Shown here: positions 1-14,718 of the stretch, in pieces | Layout of the letters: the number at the start of each line of letters is the position of its first letter | Position numbering within the stretch: position 1 is the first letter of the stretch | Origin: Octopus vulgaris | Lineage: Eukaryota | NCBI GenBank assembly: GCA_951406725.2 | Contig: OX597819.1 | Span: 112,096,001-112,160,000 of the forward strand | Length of the DNA: 64,000 nt | Direction: 5' to 3' | Notes under the pieces: generated by a model | Database searches by the model: none | Seen by the model: the letters and a program-made list of their open reading frames with translations, nothing else | Told to the model about the DNA's origin: nothing | Translations under genes and position numbers: made by a program

Positions 1-179
1 ATACAGCTGATGTGTAGAAATAATTTAGGAGGAGGGAGTATCAAAGAAATCCACCCATGTGACTTATCATTTGAATTAGAGATAAATCTGAAGCTGACAG
101 AACTATTAAAAATGTCCACAAGAAGTATTCCAGAAAATGAGTCCCACAAAGCAAGAATGAATACTAGAAATGTATTGCT

Positions 180-1743
180 AAAGTTGAAGAAAATCTGTGC
201 AACAAGCAATTCATGAGGAATCTCAAAATAAAGCATTTCAAAGTACAGGGTGGCATCCAAAAGTTTTGTTACCCCTAACGAAAAAGCAATGAGAACAATA
301 GATGAAGTAGCCCAAAGCATGAATTGGATTTAGTTTATTCCCTTTCATTGACGCTGTCACACATTGAGGAGGTCTGTATGAACACCATCATTTTCATGGC
401 ACAAAATGATGCGGTGCCATGTCCTGTGTGATATTTTTGAAACTGTGCTTTGGTGATTGGTGTAAAGGCTCTCCAAACAGTGTCCATTAACTGATGGGTA
501 TTCTGGTATCATTCATGTGAAACTCTCTCCTTGATAATGCCTCACAGAGTGTTATTGCAAGACGTGAGGTTTGGACTTGTGGGAGGTCAATCAACAGGTG
601 CTGGAAGTTGTTGCGATCCTCACCCTATCCATCTGTTCTGAAAAACTTCATTTAGGTATTTGCGGACAGTGATAGCATAGTAGGGCGAGGGACTGTCTTG
701 ATGAAACCAACAATAATTCAGGTCAACATTTAACCTCTGGAGCTGTGGAACAAATCACTCCCTAAACAAGGTCAAGTAATAGTGTTGGTTAACAGTGTCA
801 TCAAAGAAATAGGGTCCTATCAGGTGCTTACTCGATATAGCAGATCAAAGCATTACATGTGTATGTGTGTGGGGAGTGCTAAAACAAAAAATAATGATAA
901 CAATGACAATAATATGTAGGGGAGCAACAAGACTTTCGGACCATCCTGTACTGTGACTGAAAAGTTACATTCCAAGAATTGTCCATGATCTCAATGAAGA
1001 TTATCCAGACAAAAGTGTGGAGTTTTGCAAGTGGTACTTGGGAAGATGCATAGAAAATGCATTGTTTACAACAAAGATTGGAGTAACAAAGCTACATTTA
1101 AATCAAATGGCTCAATTTGCTTCCGCATTTACATCTATAAGGGACCTGAGAATATGTTTATTATTGAAGTCATCATATTGATTTACCAGGAGTAACACTA
1201 TGGTGCAGTTTATGATCGAAAGGAATAATTGTCCTGCTCTTTTTTGACAGTACTGTGAATGGCCCTATTTACTTGAACTTGCAGCGACAATCTGTCAGGC
1301 CAAGCATTCAAAAGGACTTTGAAGATGCAGAGTCTTATTTCCAGCAAGATAAGGCACCTCCAGACTACCCATAGTAAGAACCTACTTTGATGAGATTTTG
1401 CCAAACAAGTGGACTGGATAAAGATGTTGAACAGAAAACCCTCCAATTCACCAGAACTCACATCACTAGATTCTTATACAATAAATTTTATGGTATAAAA
1501 AAAGACAACAGTTGACAAACTGAAGGCAGCCATTGATCGAGAACATGCAGAAATACTGAATAAAGTGTTTCTAGGTGCTTGTGATTCCATTGCTTCACAT
1601 TATCAGTAGTGACTGGTCCAGCATTCATTAAAAAAAATTAAATTGTGTCTGTAGACTCTATTAAATCTTGAAAATGAAATATATTTTAATAAGCACTGAT
1701 TTTATAATCACTCAATGTGTAATCATTTTCAGAGGACACCCTG
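180..1743 (+). mobile_element. Decayed Tc1/mariner transposon interrupted by the 246-948 element
   Basis: Plus-strand remnants RKSVQQA / [22 protein letters not shown] / PGVTLWC / FFDSTVNG / YFQQDKAPP; right end GGACACCCTG|TA at 1743. Left end not defined. Confidence 0.8.
246..948 (-). mobile_element. Internally deleted Tc1/mariner DNA transposon with imperfect TIRs and TA target duplication
   Basis: TA|CAGGGTGGCATCCAAAAGTTTTGTTACCCCTA ... TAGGGGAGCAACAAGACTTTCGGACCATCCTG|TA; decayed minus-strand transposase (LIGPYFFDDTVNQ, WFHQDS, RWIG, PPTSPNLTSC). Confidence 0.85.
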
Positions 1744-2877
1744 TATATATATTCTCTCATGTACAATATAAAGGTTTGATCTTGGGTTGTTACACCATCA
1801 TGCTAATTTGAAAAGCACCAAGCATCCAATTCTCTCTTCTCTCTCTTTCTCTGTATTTCATTTTCTCTCTCTCTCCTTATGTCTGTCTTTGAATACCAGC
1901 TTTACAATTGCTATCAGGTAACTGAAGAAAGGAACATTGAGTATCTTTCTCAGACCACACCATAGCACAAAGGTGTGGGCTGATGACAACTGATAACAAC
2001 AAGTATCAGTAATACAGTGGAAGAGTTAATACAAAGCACTGAGCCACAGATAAGAACCGTTGCAGTGACAAGGCTCCAATACTAAACAAAGCAACAAATC
2101 TGCAACCAGTAATATTAGCAGCTGAACTTAATGTTCAAATATTTAAACTACTTTATCAGATAAAGACCACCGCTACAGAATGGAACAGAGTTACTTATTA
2201 TGTTACATCAGATTTTAATGAACACAATAATGTATATGTATATTTTCAACTGACCAATTACATTGTTCATTGCTTTTTGTTTTCTAATAATGAAACAGAC
2301 AAGGTACTGTCTGTGCAGCTCAGGCAGATTAAACAGCACAAAGTACTTTTGTTTGATGAAATGGTTTATCAGCAATTTTCTTAACAATGTGTAAATATTT
2401 TGCCAATATACACATTATATATTTTGAATTGTTATCAAGGAGTTTAATCACAGAATAATGGACTGAACAAACCAAAACATCTTAGCTTTATGGTAATCAA
2501 TGAAGTTTCTTCTTAATTGCATGACCTACTTGTGAAGAGGGTGCCGATACATTTATGTATATGTGTGTGTGTGTATTTGATGAGCTACTTCAAATACTAC
2601 CAGATTTCAATCTCAAGGTATTGGTCAATGCAAACTACACTAAGAGACACTAAACCAAAGTGTCACACAATGGGCTCAAACCGGGAATCATTTGATTGTA
2701 AGGAGAACTTATCTATTACACAATCATTGACTAAGACTTGTAATCTTCTAACCTAACAGTCACTGGTAAGACCCTACCCCTTCGACATACTCAGCCATAC
2801 ATGATTGGAAGCTATGAATGTCCACTCCCTTCTCTCTCTCTCTCACTCTTTCTATTTCTCCCTTTATCCCCTACTCA

Positions 2878-3258
<381 letters not shown>

Positions 3259-3452
3259 CTACAAAATATAAAATAAATAAGTAAACAAAAAAAATGGCAA
3301 AAATTTCAATGGTCAACAACAGCAACAAAAACTAACAATGTCTTTATTCAAGGAAAGGATTTAACCCTTTTTCTTTAACCATATTTCTGTCTTAGCTTGA
3401 TTTAATTTTGAAAATGATGAAAAATTTAATGAAATAACTTGCACATTATTAA

Positions 3453-3673
3453 CCCTTTTGTTACCAACCCGGCTCAAACTACCCCTGGCTCTGTAGTACA
3501 AATGTCTTGTTTTCATAAGTTTTGTGTTAAAATTTTCCACCAAACCTTAGTCACAATTTATGTTCCTAACACTAGCTGAATGATAACTAAGTTATTTTAC
3601 TAAATTCTTTGTTATATTTAAAGTAATTGAAAGAAACACACAGCATCTCAAAATAAATACAGTAACAAAAGGG
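3453..3673. mobile_element. piggyBac-type MITE (TTAA TSD, CCCTTTTGTTAC TIR) nested in an older related copy (~3361-3815)
   Basis: TTAA|CCCTTTTGTTAC...GTAACAAAAGGG|TTAA; the flanks carry a similar sequence in opposite orientation, beginning TTAACCCTTT at 3361. Confidence 0.85.
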
Positions 3674-4340
3674 TTAAGCTGGTGTTTGGAACATAACATG
3701 AAATTTTGATGGAATGTTTTAATTTTAAAACAGGAAGTTTGTATCACAGAAACAGGAAGTTGTAGGTGGTTTCCTTTTTTTTTTTTTCTTTTTCCTTTTT
3801 ATCAAAAATGGTTAATCATTTAACTATGGAGCAACTTGACCAAACAAATGTCTACATAGTCACTTGACCTGCTTGCTATGGAAGGGAGTGCCTGTTACAG
3901 GATCACTCAAGATGCTCGAAATACCACATCTGCCATGAATAAGAGCTTTGATGTCATTGCTTGACCTACATGCATAACATAGCAGCTAAATCTCTCTTTA
4001 AAAGGCATCCTGAAATATTTTAATTGGAGACCACATGAGTCATGGTAAGAACTTTTTGTGCAAAAATTAAACCTATATAATGTAGTTGCCAAATTTCCTT
4101 GTAAACTTTTTAACCCTTTAGCATTCAGATTACTATACCAAATGTAAAGCCTATTTATTCTCATTTTTAAAAGTTAATCAAGCATTATTTCATAGCTTTG
4201 ATATCTTGATGATGTGATTGTCTGACAACAATGGTGGTGGCCGTAGCAACTGCAGTTGTAGGAAGAAGACTTCTTTCTTTGTATGATTTCTTCAGGCTGA
4301 TGACAAGAAGACTTCAAACCTGGAGAGCTTTATCACCTCA

Positions 4341-4694
<354 letters not shown>

Positions 4695-5955
4695 TTATAT
4701 TTATATATATATATATATATCCAACCCATGCTAGCATGGAAAGCGGACGTTAAACGATGATGATATATATGTGTGTGTGTGTGTCAATTCAAATAGACAA
4801 TCAATTCAAAAAATGAATAATAAAGTTAACGGACAACAAGAGGATGTGCACAAGGAATGTATTAGTTTGACGCTTGGTAAAAAGAGAAAGTTTGATGTTT
4901 TGAGCATAGCTCTTTGTCGGAAAGGAGAAAGGGAAAAGTCAAAAGAAATAGCCAACAGCACGTGTGTGGTTATATTGTATATATATATTTATATATAGTT
5001 GTTTATGTGCATGTATGAGTAAATGTGGGCATGTGTATGTGTGCGTATGCAGGTTAATCACCTTGTGTGACCGTATATGGAAGTTGACTGCAATGGCAAA
5101 ATTAGAAAGCAATGATTCAAGAAATCCTTCTTCATTTACAAGTGTGTGTGTATTTGTGCATGCACAAGTGTGTTTGAGAATAGGGAAGTGTGTGTGTGTG
5201 TGTGTTGTGTATAGGATAGGTGTATGTATGGATGTATTTGTGCATGAGTACATTTGAATATTAAACAGCAACAGCACAAGGATTTGTTATTTAAACACAT
5301 ATCCAAGCAGAATTCCACCTTTGTATCACAATTCCTCTGCAAACTCAAAAACCAAAGAATGAAATGTTCCCTATCCCAATAACATAGAACAAAGCTAATA
5401 CAATCAAGCCATACATTTAAGAGGCACAGGACTTAAAATTTTTATCTGATTGAAAAATTCCAGAAAGTGAAGCAACTTGCAACATCTCTTAAGTAGAAAT
5501 CGGAAATATTGTCTAACTGCCCTTACTAGCAGTGGTTCCTTTTGGAACACATCCAACTCCCAAACGCTTGAATATCACAACTTACAGAAATTGACTCTAG
5601 ACTCTAAAACAGCTTTTGTGCCACAGAAACTTTGAGTACCTCCCTTTATGATGTGTAGTAGCCCCCATTAAAAAGGATTTGTTAGCCACAACAAGTCCAG
5701 TCATGGGACTAGCCTTAAAAAAAAAAAAAGTAAAAAACAAGCAACGTTTCAAGTGTATCCATGGACTTAGCGTATTCTGTGACAGACTTAACGTTTTCCA
5801 CCATCATTCATAATTCCACAATATAGCCTGAAGAAATGTAGCGACACACCTTGTATGTGTGTGTGTGACTGAAAGAAACTGAGTCACGACAGAAGGAAAT
5901 AACTGTGTGTGTGTATGTGTGTTTGTATGTGTGCATATGTGTGTGTGTGTGATTG

Positions 5956-6011
5956 TATAGTATATGCTGACAATACAGACATACACTCATATATATATAT
6001 ATATAAAACAT

Positions 6012-6059
<48 letters not shown>

Positions 6060-6360
6060 CTAGTATGTGTGGACATTAAATATACATTTTTGCTAAGAAA
6101 GAAATACGTATGTTTGTGTGTGTGCGCATATATGTCTGTATCTATATATGCATAGTATATAGTGACAATACAGACATACATACATACATACATATACGTA
6201 TACATAAAACACACACGTGTACACATACATATATAAATAAACACACAAATATATATTTCTAGTATATGAAGATATATTAAATATACATCCTTGCTAAGAA
6301 AGAAATATGTGTGTATGTACGTGTGTGTGTGTGCATGCATACATATGGATATACGTGTGT
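5956..6360. repeat. Imperfect tandem duplication of a ~195-bp microsatellite-containing unit
   Basis: TGACAATACAGACATAC and GCTAAGAAAGAAATA blocks each occur twice in the same order. Confidence 0.7.
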
Positions 6361-7102
6361 ATTTCTTCAAGCATAATAACCTAAGGTAATTACAGCATAA
6401 CACGAAACAGGATCAACAACAACAGCAACGTCAACAACCTAATACAATATTGCAACGTTTCAGCTGCTAATTGCGTTGTGAATCAAATTCATATGTATGG
6501 TTTTTTGTTGTTGTTGTTGATGCTGCAAATGCTGTTGCTTTGAAATACAGTGGAACTTTCTGGGAGGAAAAAACGTTGTTATTAAGAGATAGAATATAAT
6601 GTTCAGCCGAACTTTTTTTTTTACTGTTATCAGTTTAAAAAGAAAAGAAAAAAAGAAACCCTCCGTGCCTATGGAGAAGTGTGTATATGTTTAAGTTTGA
6701 GTGAGTGTATAGGTGTGTGTGTGTGTATAGAATTTGTAAGTAAATATAAAAGTGTGTGTGCATGCATGTGTGTGTGTATATATATATATGTGTGTGTGTG
6801 TGTGTATGCAGGTATGTAGTATGGGAAAATGTGTATGTGTATGTACATTTATATATGTATGTACATACATACATGTGTGTGTCTGTATAGAATCTTTCAC
6901 TAAATATAAGAGTGTGTGTGCATATATATATGCATGTATGTATGGATATATACGGGAAAATGTGCATGTGTATGTGTGTGTACATATATATATGTAACAT
7001 ACATATATATGTGTGTCTGTATGTGTGAGTGTGTGTATGTGTAGATAGATAGATGATTGTAGATAAGTGTATATAGCATGGAAAATTGAGTATGTATATT
7101 CA

Positions 7103-7146
<44 letters not shown>

Positions 7147-10100
7147 TATCAAGGAAAAGTGGATGTTAAAACTGAAGATAACGATCAATGTTTGTTCAAT
7201 TTTACATTTTTCATGCTATCATAGATTATGAGTTAAGCAAAAATATTATTGAAGAATTGCTTTACAGTTGGATGCCCTTCCTTTACTTGTTTCTCCACTA
7301 AGGACTATCTTATTTCACATATTTACAATGGTTGCATAGCTAAGAAGTTTGCTTTCCAACCACATGGCTTAGTCCCACCATGCAGCACCTTGGAAATAGC
7401 TTCAGGCTGACCAAAGGTTTATGAATATATTTGTTTGGCAGAAACAGGAAAAGAAGTCCTTCCAATATATTTTATGTGTTAATGTGTGTTTGTGAGAGAA
7501 AGAGTGAGCATGCACACACATATGTATCTGTGTGTTTGTTCAGAGTTCTGCCTCTCTGAAAATTTACTCAGCAACAAGCAATGATATTGCTGTCATTTCT
7601 TATGTATTTAAAAGGAAAAGGTTGGTAGGGACTCCAAAGTTCTTGCTTATTATCCATCATCAGACAAACAGTGGTAGACTTTTGTCTTTCTGGATTTATA
7701 TAGTCTTTGTCAATGTGATCTTTTCATAGATGGAACAACGTGAAAGAGAACTGGGTGTGGTGCAGGCTGATAAGAGAAGTGGTTGAGTAGGAAGTAGAGG
7801 ATGGAAAGGAGCAGGAGGAATATATATGTTTGTAGGGTGTGTGTTGAAAGAAATGGATGGTGGAGACAGTTTTTCTGGTTTGATAAAGGAAGCTGTTATT
7901 GTTCATGATCTAGTCAGGTATGTAAGTAAAGAAGTATGCAATGTATCATAATCAAGTGACAATTTGTGTTGATTTAAGTTTTTCTTTTGACTAATCAAGA
8001 TTCTTTGTATACAGGGGTAGTTGAGTTATTTTAGTGTTCACAAAAGACAGTTGATAGATAACACCAAATCAGTTTGTCACTTAATATAGGTGAGAGAAAG
8101 GTCAAAGTTAGATTTTGATGTTAGAAGCTCTCTTTTAAGAATATTAAATCGGTTATTTTAAAAAGGATGGATTAAAGAGATGATGTAACTGTTAAATATT
8201 TATGGGAGTACCCTAATATGTTTGTTGTGTGGTTATACAAAAACAAAATAAGTACAAGCAGATGCATGCATATAACACTGAATATCAACACTTATATATC
8301 CAGATAATGCACCATCTGTATGCATTTTCCACAGAGATATGCATCAGTATGGAGATATAATTACATAGTGAAAGCATGTTACATGTCTATATTGTTTTTG
8401 TTGAGTTATAGCCATTGTTATATATATTTATGCATGTCATGTGTGCATGTGAGTGTGTGTGTATCTAAACACATATATATATGCATGTGTGTGTGTGTAT
8501 CTAAACACATATATATGCATGTGTGAGTATTTCATGTTCATACAGCGATTGAAAGCACATGATATGAATCTGAGTAGAATCGGAGTGAATCATCAACTGC
8601 CTTCAAAGACAGATGTGTGTGTGTGTGTGTGTGTGTATGTGTAAATATATGTGGACATATGTATATGCATGTGTGGCTGTGTATATATATATATATGTGT
8701 GTGTGTGTGTATGTGTAGACATATGTATATGCATATGTGTGTGCGTGTGCATATATATATATATATTGTGTATGTGTTTGTGTGTATGTCTGTGCATGTA
8801 TGTACGCATGCTAGTGAGTTTTAGAACAGGAACACCATGTCCCCATGTGCTTAAGAAGTGACTAAAAGGGATAGTGACAGTAATGACATCTGGCTGTGAA
8901 ACACTGCCTCAGAAACCTCATCCAGGACTACATTAGCAATGAAAAGTGGAAGTAAAATGAAGATGGTGATGATGATGATTATTCATACATGCATGTATAT
9001 GTGTATGTGCATGCACATTGTGTGTGTGTAGGGAGGGAGAGAGAGAGAGAGAGAGAGAGGGAGGGGAGGGAGAGGCATACACATATAAATATGTACAAAC
9101 ACACATATATGATTGCCTATAAAAGATTTAATAGACTATTAGAAAATAACTATTATAAGAGGGGAAATATTTTTTTTAAAATATACCAAAAAATGTAATT
9201 GATGGTTAGCTGTGAAGTCTATAATGTATTTTTACATGCACATACCCCAACACAGACACACACACACATAGTAGAAGTAGTGGTAGTAGCAGCAGCAGCA
9301 GTAGTAATAGTAGTAGTAGTAGCAGCAGTGGTGGTGGTGGTGGTAGTGGTGGAGGTAGTAACTATGGATGTAGATTTTCATCTCTGTTGATGATCTTATA
9401 TTATTTGTGGACAAACACATACAGATTTAACATTCATTTTTGTAGCAAAGACTCTCTGCTTTCATTAATTCAAATAGTACATCATTACTAAGTGTATATG
9501 TGAATGTGTGTCTATATGTGTGCATGTACCACTCACTGCATCACCCTGATTCTATATCAGAATTTCATTATATTAAGAACAGATGTGTCTATGGAATGTT
9601 CAATTACTTAAAGGCTAGTTCAATGAGCATGAAGTTCAGCTGAGTACTAATCATTTGGATGGTCCATTTACTTATATGTGCACATGTATCTCTTCTATAG
9701 TGTATATATCTGTGTCTACATTGGCACAATAAAAAGTAGTTCAAGAGAGATTGCAGAGATATTGGAGCAAACAAGAGATGTGTGTTGTGTGCATGAGACA
9801 AGATGAAAAAGAGCCTCCTTGTGAGTGATATGAACAAAGGTGTGAATTCTTCTGCATGGGTAACTGCAATGAGGTCAGAGGATGTTCGATTTAGGCATAT
9901 TGTTAGTAGAAAAAGAGATCAAGTAACTGAAGTAGTCAGAGGGTGCAATTTAATTAAACTTTGGGTAAACATGGAGAACACAGAGGTAACATTTACCTGC
10001 ATACGCCTCACAAACAGGGCTGAGAGATGAACAAAAGGAACACTTTTATAAGGCTTTCCAACAAACCATAAACTAGCTCAATATTGAATGATAAAAATTG

Positions 10101-11749
10101 CTATTTTCTGGAATGTTCTTATGTATTATTATTATTATCGATATCTGTTCTTAACTTTAGATAAGTGGTTGCATATAATTGCTGATGTACTAATTACAAA
10201 TTGAAATTTTATATTTTCACTTGCTGGATTTTGAGGAATGGGAAGTACCAATAACCTTTGCAGGCCTTCTGAAACTAGTAAGTTTGATGCTGTTTCATTT
10301 AAAGCATCGCAGTGTTGCAGGTCAACACTTACAGAAAAGACATGAACAGAGGGAACAGAGATTCTAGAGGACCAGTGTTCTGTGGATAAAGGGCTGGGAA
10401 TAAGTAATAAGTGTGAGGCTGAAATGTTGGTAGATGCAATAAGGTAGGTAAGAGGTGGAAAGACAATTGTGATGATAGCTAGTTCTTTACTGCTATGATG
10501 TTGTAATTCAACAGCTAGACCAATGTAATTCCTAAGCTATTCACCTTACTATTCAACACACCTGTGCACAACATTAAAAATTTTTTGGTAGTGTTATGTC
10601 ACTAATTAATAACAAATTGTTATTTTTGTCATCATGAATTATGCCAGGCTTCCTAAGTGCCATCTGGAATGCAAAAGTTAAATAGAAATTCAACATAGTC
10701 ACTATTACGAGTCGCTGCTATCTCTAGCAGTCGAGTGTCCACCACTGACAAAACCAAGGAAGGTTGAAATCACATGATTTGGAGGTCTCTGCACTGGAGA
10801 TGGTAGGGATTTATCTCCCAGCAAGCAGAATAAATGAGAGTGTATTTTACACCAAAAGCCAATACAAGAGCCTCTTTCATGGTATCCACTGCAGTATAGT
10901 TTGTTCTAACAGAACATCCACCATTAAGTCTAGTCATGGTATCTGAAACCCCTGTAATCAACTTAACAGCAGCAAAGGAGGGTACAGGCCCTCCCAGGCT
11001 GTATAGAGAGTGCTGGAGAAGTTCACATGCACAGGATTTGCCCAAGGGTAGATCACCACTAAACAACACACACACACATACATATGACTAGTGAGTATGG
11101 CTAGGAAGTATGTAGCATGCTTTCAGTAATTGTTTTAAGTATGCAGACTCAGGCACCTGCTCAAACCTTGATCTCTTGACCCAGTGAAACACCAGGATGT
11201 GACAGCTGGAGGAAGGGAAGGAAGAACCCTCTGGTACACATTTTTCAGCAGACTGGAAGGAGCAAAATAAAATGGAGTGCCTTATACAAGGACTTAATGT
11301 GTCACCTAGTCCTGAAATTGAACCCATGACTTTATGATTCTGAGCCCAACACACTAACCACTAGGCCACAATCCCCTACTATAGGAGTATGTGTGTACAC
11401 AGATATATGTATATTTATACATACACACATATATACATATACACACAAACTCATGCATATGCAAAGATACACACACACGGTAAACAACTAGATATAAAAA
11501 ACAAAAATGTTGATTAAGATAGGTTCAATCAATAAACAGGATGTTACATGTGTACCATTGCAGAGTAGCTCATTAGCTTCCTAACGAGCAACTGTTGTTT
11601 GTTACGCAAGGTGTGTATATTGCAGTGATAGCTGTCTGCACAGAACTTTGCAGAGTACCATGTAGTGCAACTTTGGTGATTTCAGAAAGAAGGTAGAAGG
11701 GAGTTATCAAGAAGGGATGGGGGGGGGGGGGGATGAAAAAAGAAGGAAA

Positions 11750-12165
11750 GGTGGCGAGCTGGCAGAAACATTAGCACACCAAGCGAAATGCTTAGCGGTA
11801 TTTTGTATGCCGCTATGATCTGAGTTCAAATTCTGACGAGGTCGACTTTGCCTTTCATTCTTTTGAGGTCGATAAATTAAGTACCAGTTACGCACTGGAG
11901 TCAATATAATCGACTTAATCCGTTTGTCTGTCTTTGTTTGTCCTCTCTGTGTTTAGCCCCTTGTGGGTAGTAAAGAAATAGGTATTTTGTCTGCCATTAC
12001 GTTCTGTGTTCAAATTCTGCCGAGGTTGACTTCGCTTTTCATCCTTTCGGGGTCGATAAATTAAGTATCAGTTACGCACTGGAGTCGATCTAATCGACTT
12101 AATCCCTTTGTCTGTCCTTGTTTGTACCCTCTATATTTAGCCCCTTGTGGGCAATAAAGAAATAA
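11750..12165 (+). mobile_element. tRNA-derived SINE, family A (dimeric body)
   Basis: Head GGTGGCGAGCTGGCAGAA, B-box-like GAGTTCAAATTC, body GGTCGACTTTGCCTTTCATCC repeated twice; many copies in the window. Confidence 0.85.
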
Positions 12166-12429
12166 GAAGGGATGTGGGGAAAACACAAAGAGATGGGGAG
12201 TGAGATGGCATGAAGGAATCGGAGAGAAAGAACAAGAAACAGAGAGAGAAATAGACAAAGACCTGGAGAGAAAGGGAAGACAGAGGGAAAAAGAGAGAAA
12301 GAGACAGAGAGAGAAAATTTTATGTGATTTGAGTGCAAATAAATATCCTAAAAAACCAACCCCCTGATGTGCTCTGCCCGGCTCTTGTCTCTTGGATCAG
12401 TGTTTCCGATTTGATGCTGCCTTGTGCTA

Positions 12430-13300
12430 ATTAGGCTCCATCTAACTCACTCCATCAGCTCTTCTATACCCCAAGGTTCAGTTTTGTCCCTTACACTTTT
12501 TATGTTGCACACTGAGGATTTACTAATTGTCATGTCCAACAACATTCACTCCTACACAGAAGATATCACCCATCATTCCTCTCTAAAATTCCACAACCCC
12601 ATGTAACCCAGGCACTTCACAAAAAACCCTCATTGACAACAAGAAGAGTTCTGGAAAACATCCTTCTATGGGGTCATGCCAATTTTGTCTCTTTCTATAG
12701 AACTAAGATACAGTCACTACACATGTCAAGAGAACATTACTGATGCTCTCATCTCTCCAGACAAGAGCAGCATATAACTGAAATCCACAGGATCATCTCA
12801 CAAATGCTAGGCTTCACCATCAATGTGGATTTCTCCTGGTAAAGGCAGACCTTCAACATAAAGCAAAACTACATAACAAAGATTGGTCTTTCTTTTTAAA
12901 GTATGAAAATATTTCAGCGCTCAATAATTACTACCTCTACTCAACTCAAGTGAAACCCACAATGGTGTACTACTCCTGAATTTAGGTGGCACCCTGTAAT
13001 TTAGACATTTTAGATTGCATGATTGGTATAAATTCACTCACAGATACGTTCCAACATCTGGTCCATAATTGTGCTATTTTACTTGATTTTTTCCTACCTT
13101 TTCTATCATTATTACTGTGACTGCTATTCATCAAAGCTGGCTCGTTTCATACCACCACAACCATTCAAGTATGCCTGAATCACTCATCTCCCTCTTCTGC
13201 TCATCATTTGTATTGTATAAAAATCTTATGACCCAACACTAACCCCTGCAGCCAATTCTTCTCCCCAGAATGTCAACACATTGGAATGCTTTCCCTACTC
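12430..13300 (+). mobile_element. Decayed non-LTR retrotransposon RT (CR1/Jockey-like)
   Basis: IPQGSVLSLTLFMLHTEDL...IHSYTEDIT resembles the GVPQGSVLSP / YADD RT motifs; many stops. Confidence 0.75.
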
Positions 13301-14718
13301 CCCTGCCCTGTAGATGTTTCTCTCAAAGATATCAATATGAACATTAACTGCATCAATACTGTTGATATTGGAAGATCTGCAAAGGCCATAAATATAACCC
13401 CTTCCTCTAGAGCAAACCAACGGAATACATTCTGTAACAATATTGCCACCATTACTTTGAATACCTTTCTGCATGCAGCAGATTTTCAAGAAAGGGGCAG
13501 AAAATAAATGATTGCAGAGATTTATCACCAGCAGCCACCACTAGTAACCATGTTATCAGATCCAGCTCACTGATGACACTTGCGACCAAAGATGCTCCAA
13601 TCCTGACCATGCCATATATATTTTTATGGAATGAGGGACTGGTTAATTGTTTGATTCCAAATAAAGTAATATTACATTTAATTATATTTTATTTTATGGT
13701 TTAGTGAGGTAGTGGTCATGGTAGGACCAGTGCCCATAAGCTATACAAGACCTCCAAGACTAGTGAAATTGGTTGATATTCAGGTTGCATCTGTAAGTTA
13801 ATCTTGGCATGACAAAATATGGTCAGGAAGTTGATATTCTGGGATGGAAGGAAGGAAGGAAGGAAGGAAGGCATGAATGACTGTTGTGAATAATATAACA
13901 TCTTCTAATTCTTTCCATTCACTTTAATTTTTTTTTTTGAGAGGAGAATTACATGTGGCTTAGTAATGGTTGGTCAAAGTGAGCGATACTGCTTCTCTAA
14001 GGAGAAAGAGAGAGAGAGTGACTCAACTCAGTAGTTAGAAGTCAAGTGGAGGTTAAAAATTGAAAACAAATCAATGTTATTGATTTGGCCACTCCACAGT
14101 TTAAAAATCACAGAAAATTTATTCTGCATTGGTCAGTGCTGTATTATCTTGCTAACGTGAAAGGAGAGTAAATAATAAACTTATACTGGGCTAGAGGACA
14201 GTATTGTATTATATGACTAATATAAAAGGACAGTAAAATATCTTAAGTAGAATGAATGCTACTGTCTAGCTCCAGAAGACTGCAGTCTTATCTGACCATT
14301 GTGAAAAGCTACAAGTCAGAGGGTAATATAAGCCCTGACAGAGCCATTAGTAACTTGCAGATGGAGAATTTGCCATGGTTTTAAATGAACCACATAAATA
14401 GCCAAGACAGTGAATCATCATGTATCATCAATGGCAATATTAGTGAAATGGAACAAGGTAAAACAAAGATGATGGGTGGTGGGGTTCAGTATTCAGTGTA
14501 GAAATTTCACTGTCTTTCTGGCTAGGACACTTTATTATATCTATGCTTTTTCTGCTGTATTGTACAGTATGTATCAAAGTAAAGCTGTAGTTGCATGCAA
14601 TCCTTTATATTCAGAAGCTTTATTCAACTGAATAGCCAAGCTCAAACATCAAGCTGGAAACCAACATAAATAATCTTAATCAGCTTGTGTATAGAATACA
14701 TGCAATACTACAAATATG

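Noticed and set aside
1880-2460. Possible next TTBK exon in unique sequence downstream of exon 5
   Set aside because: No minus-strand ORF of 60 aa or more in the track and no TTBK-like content or convincing splice pair recognised.
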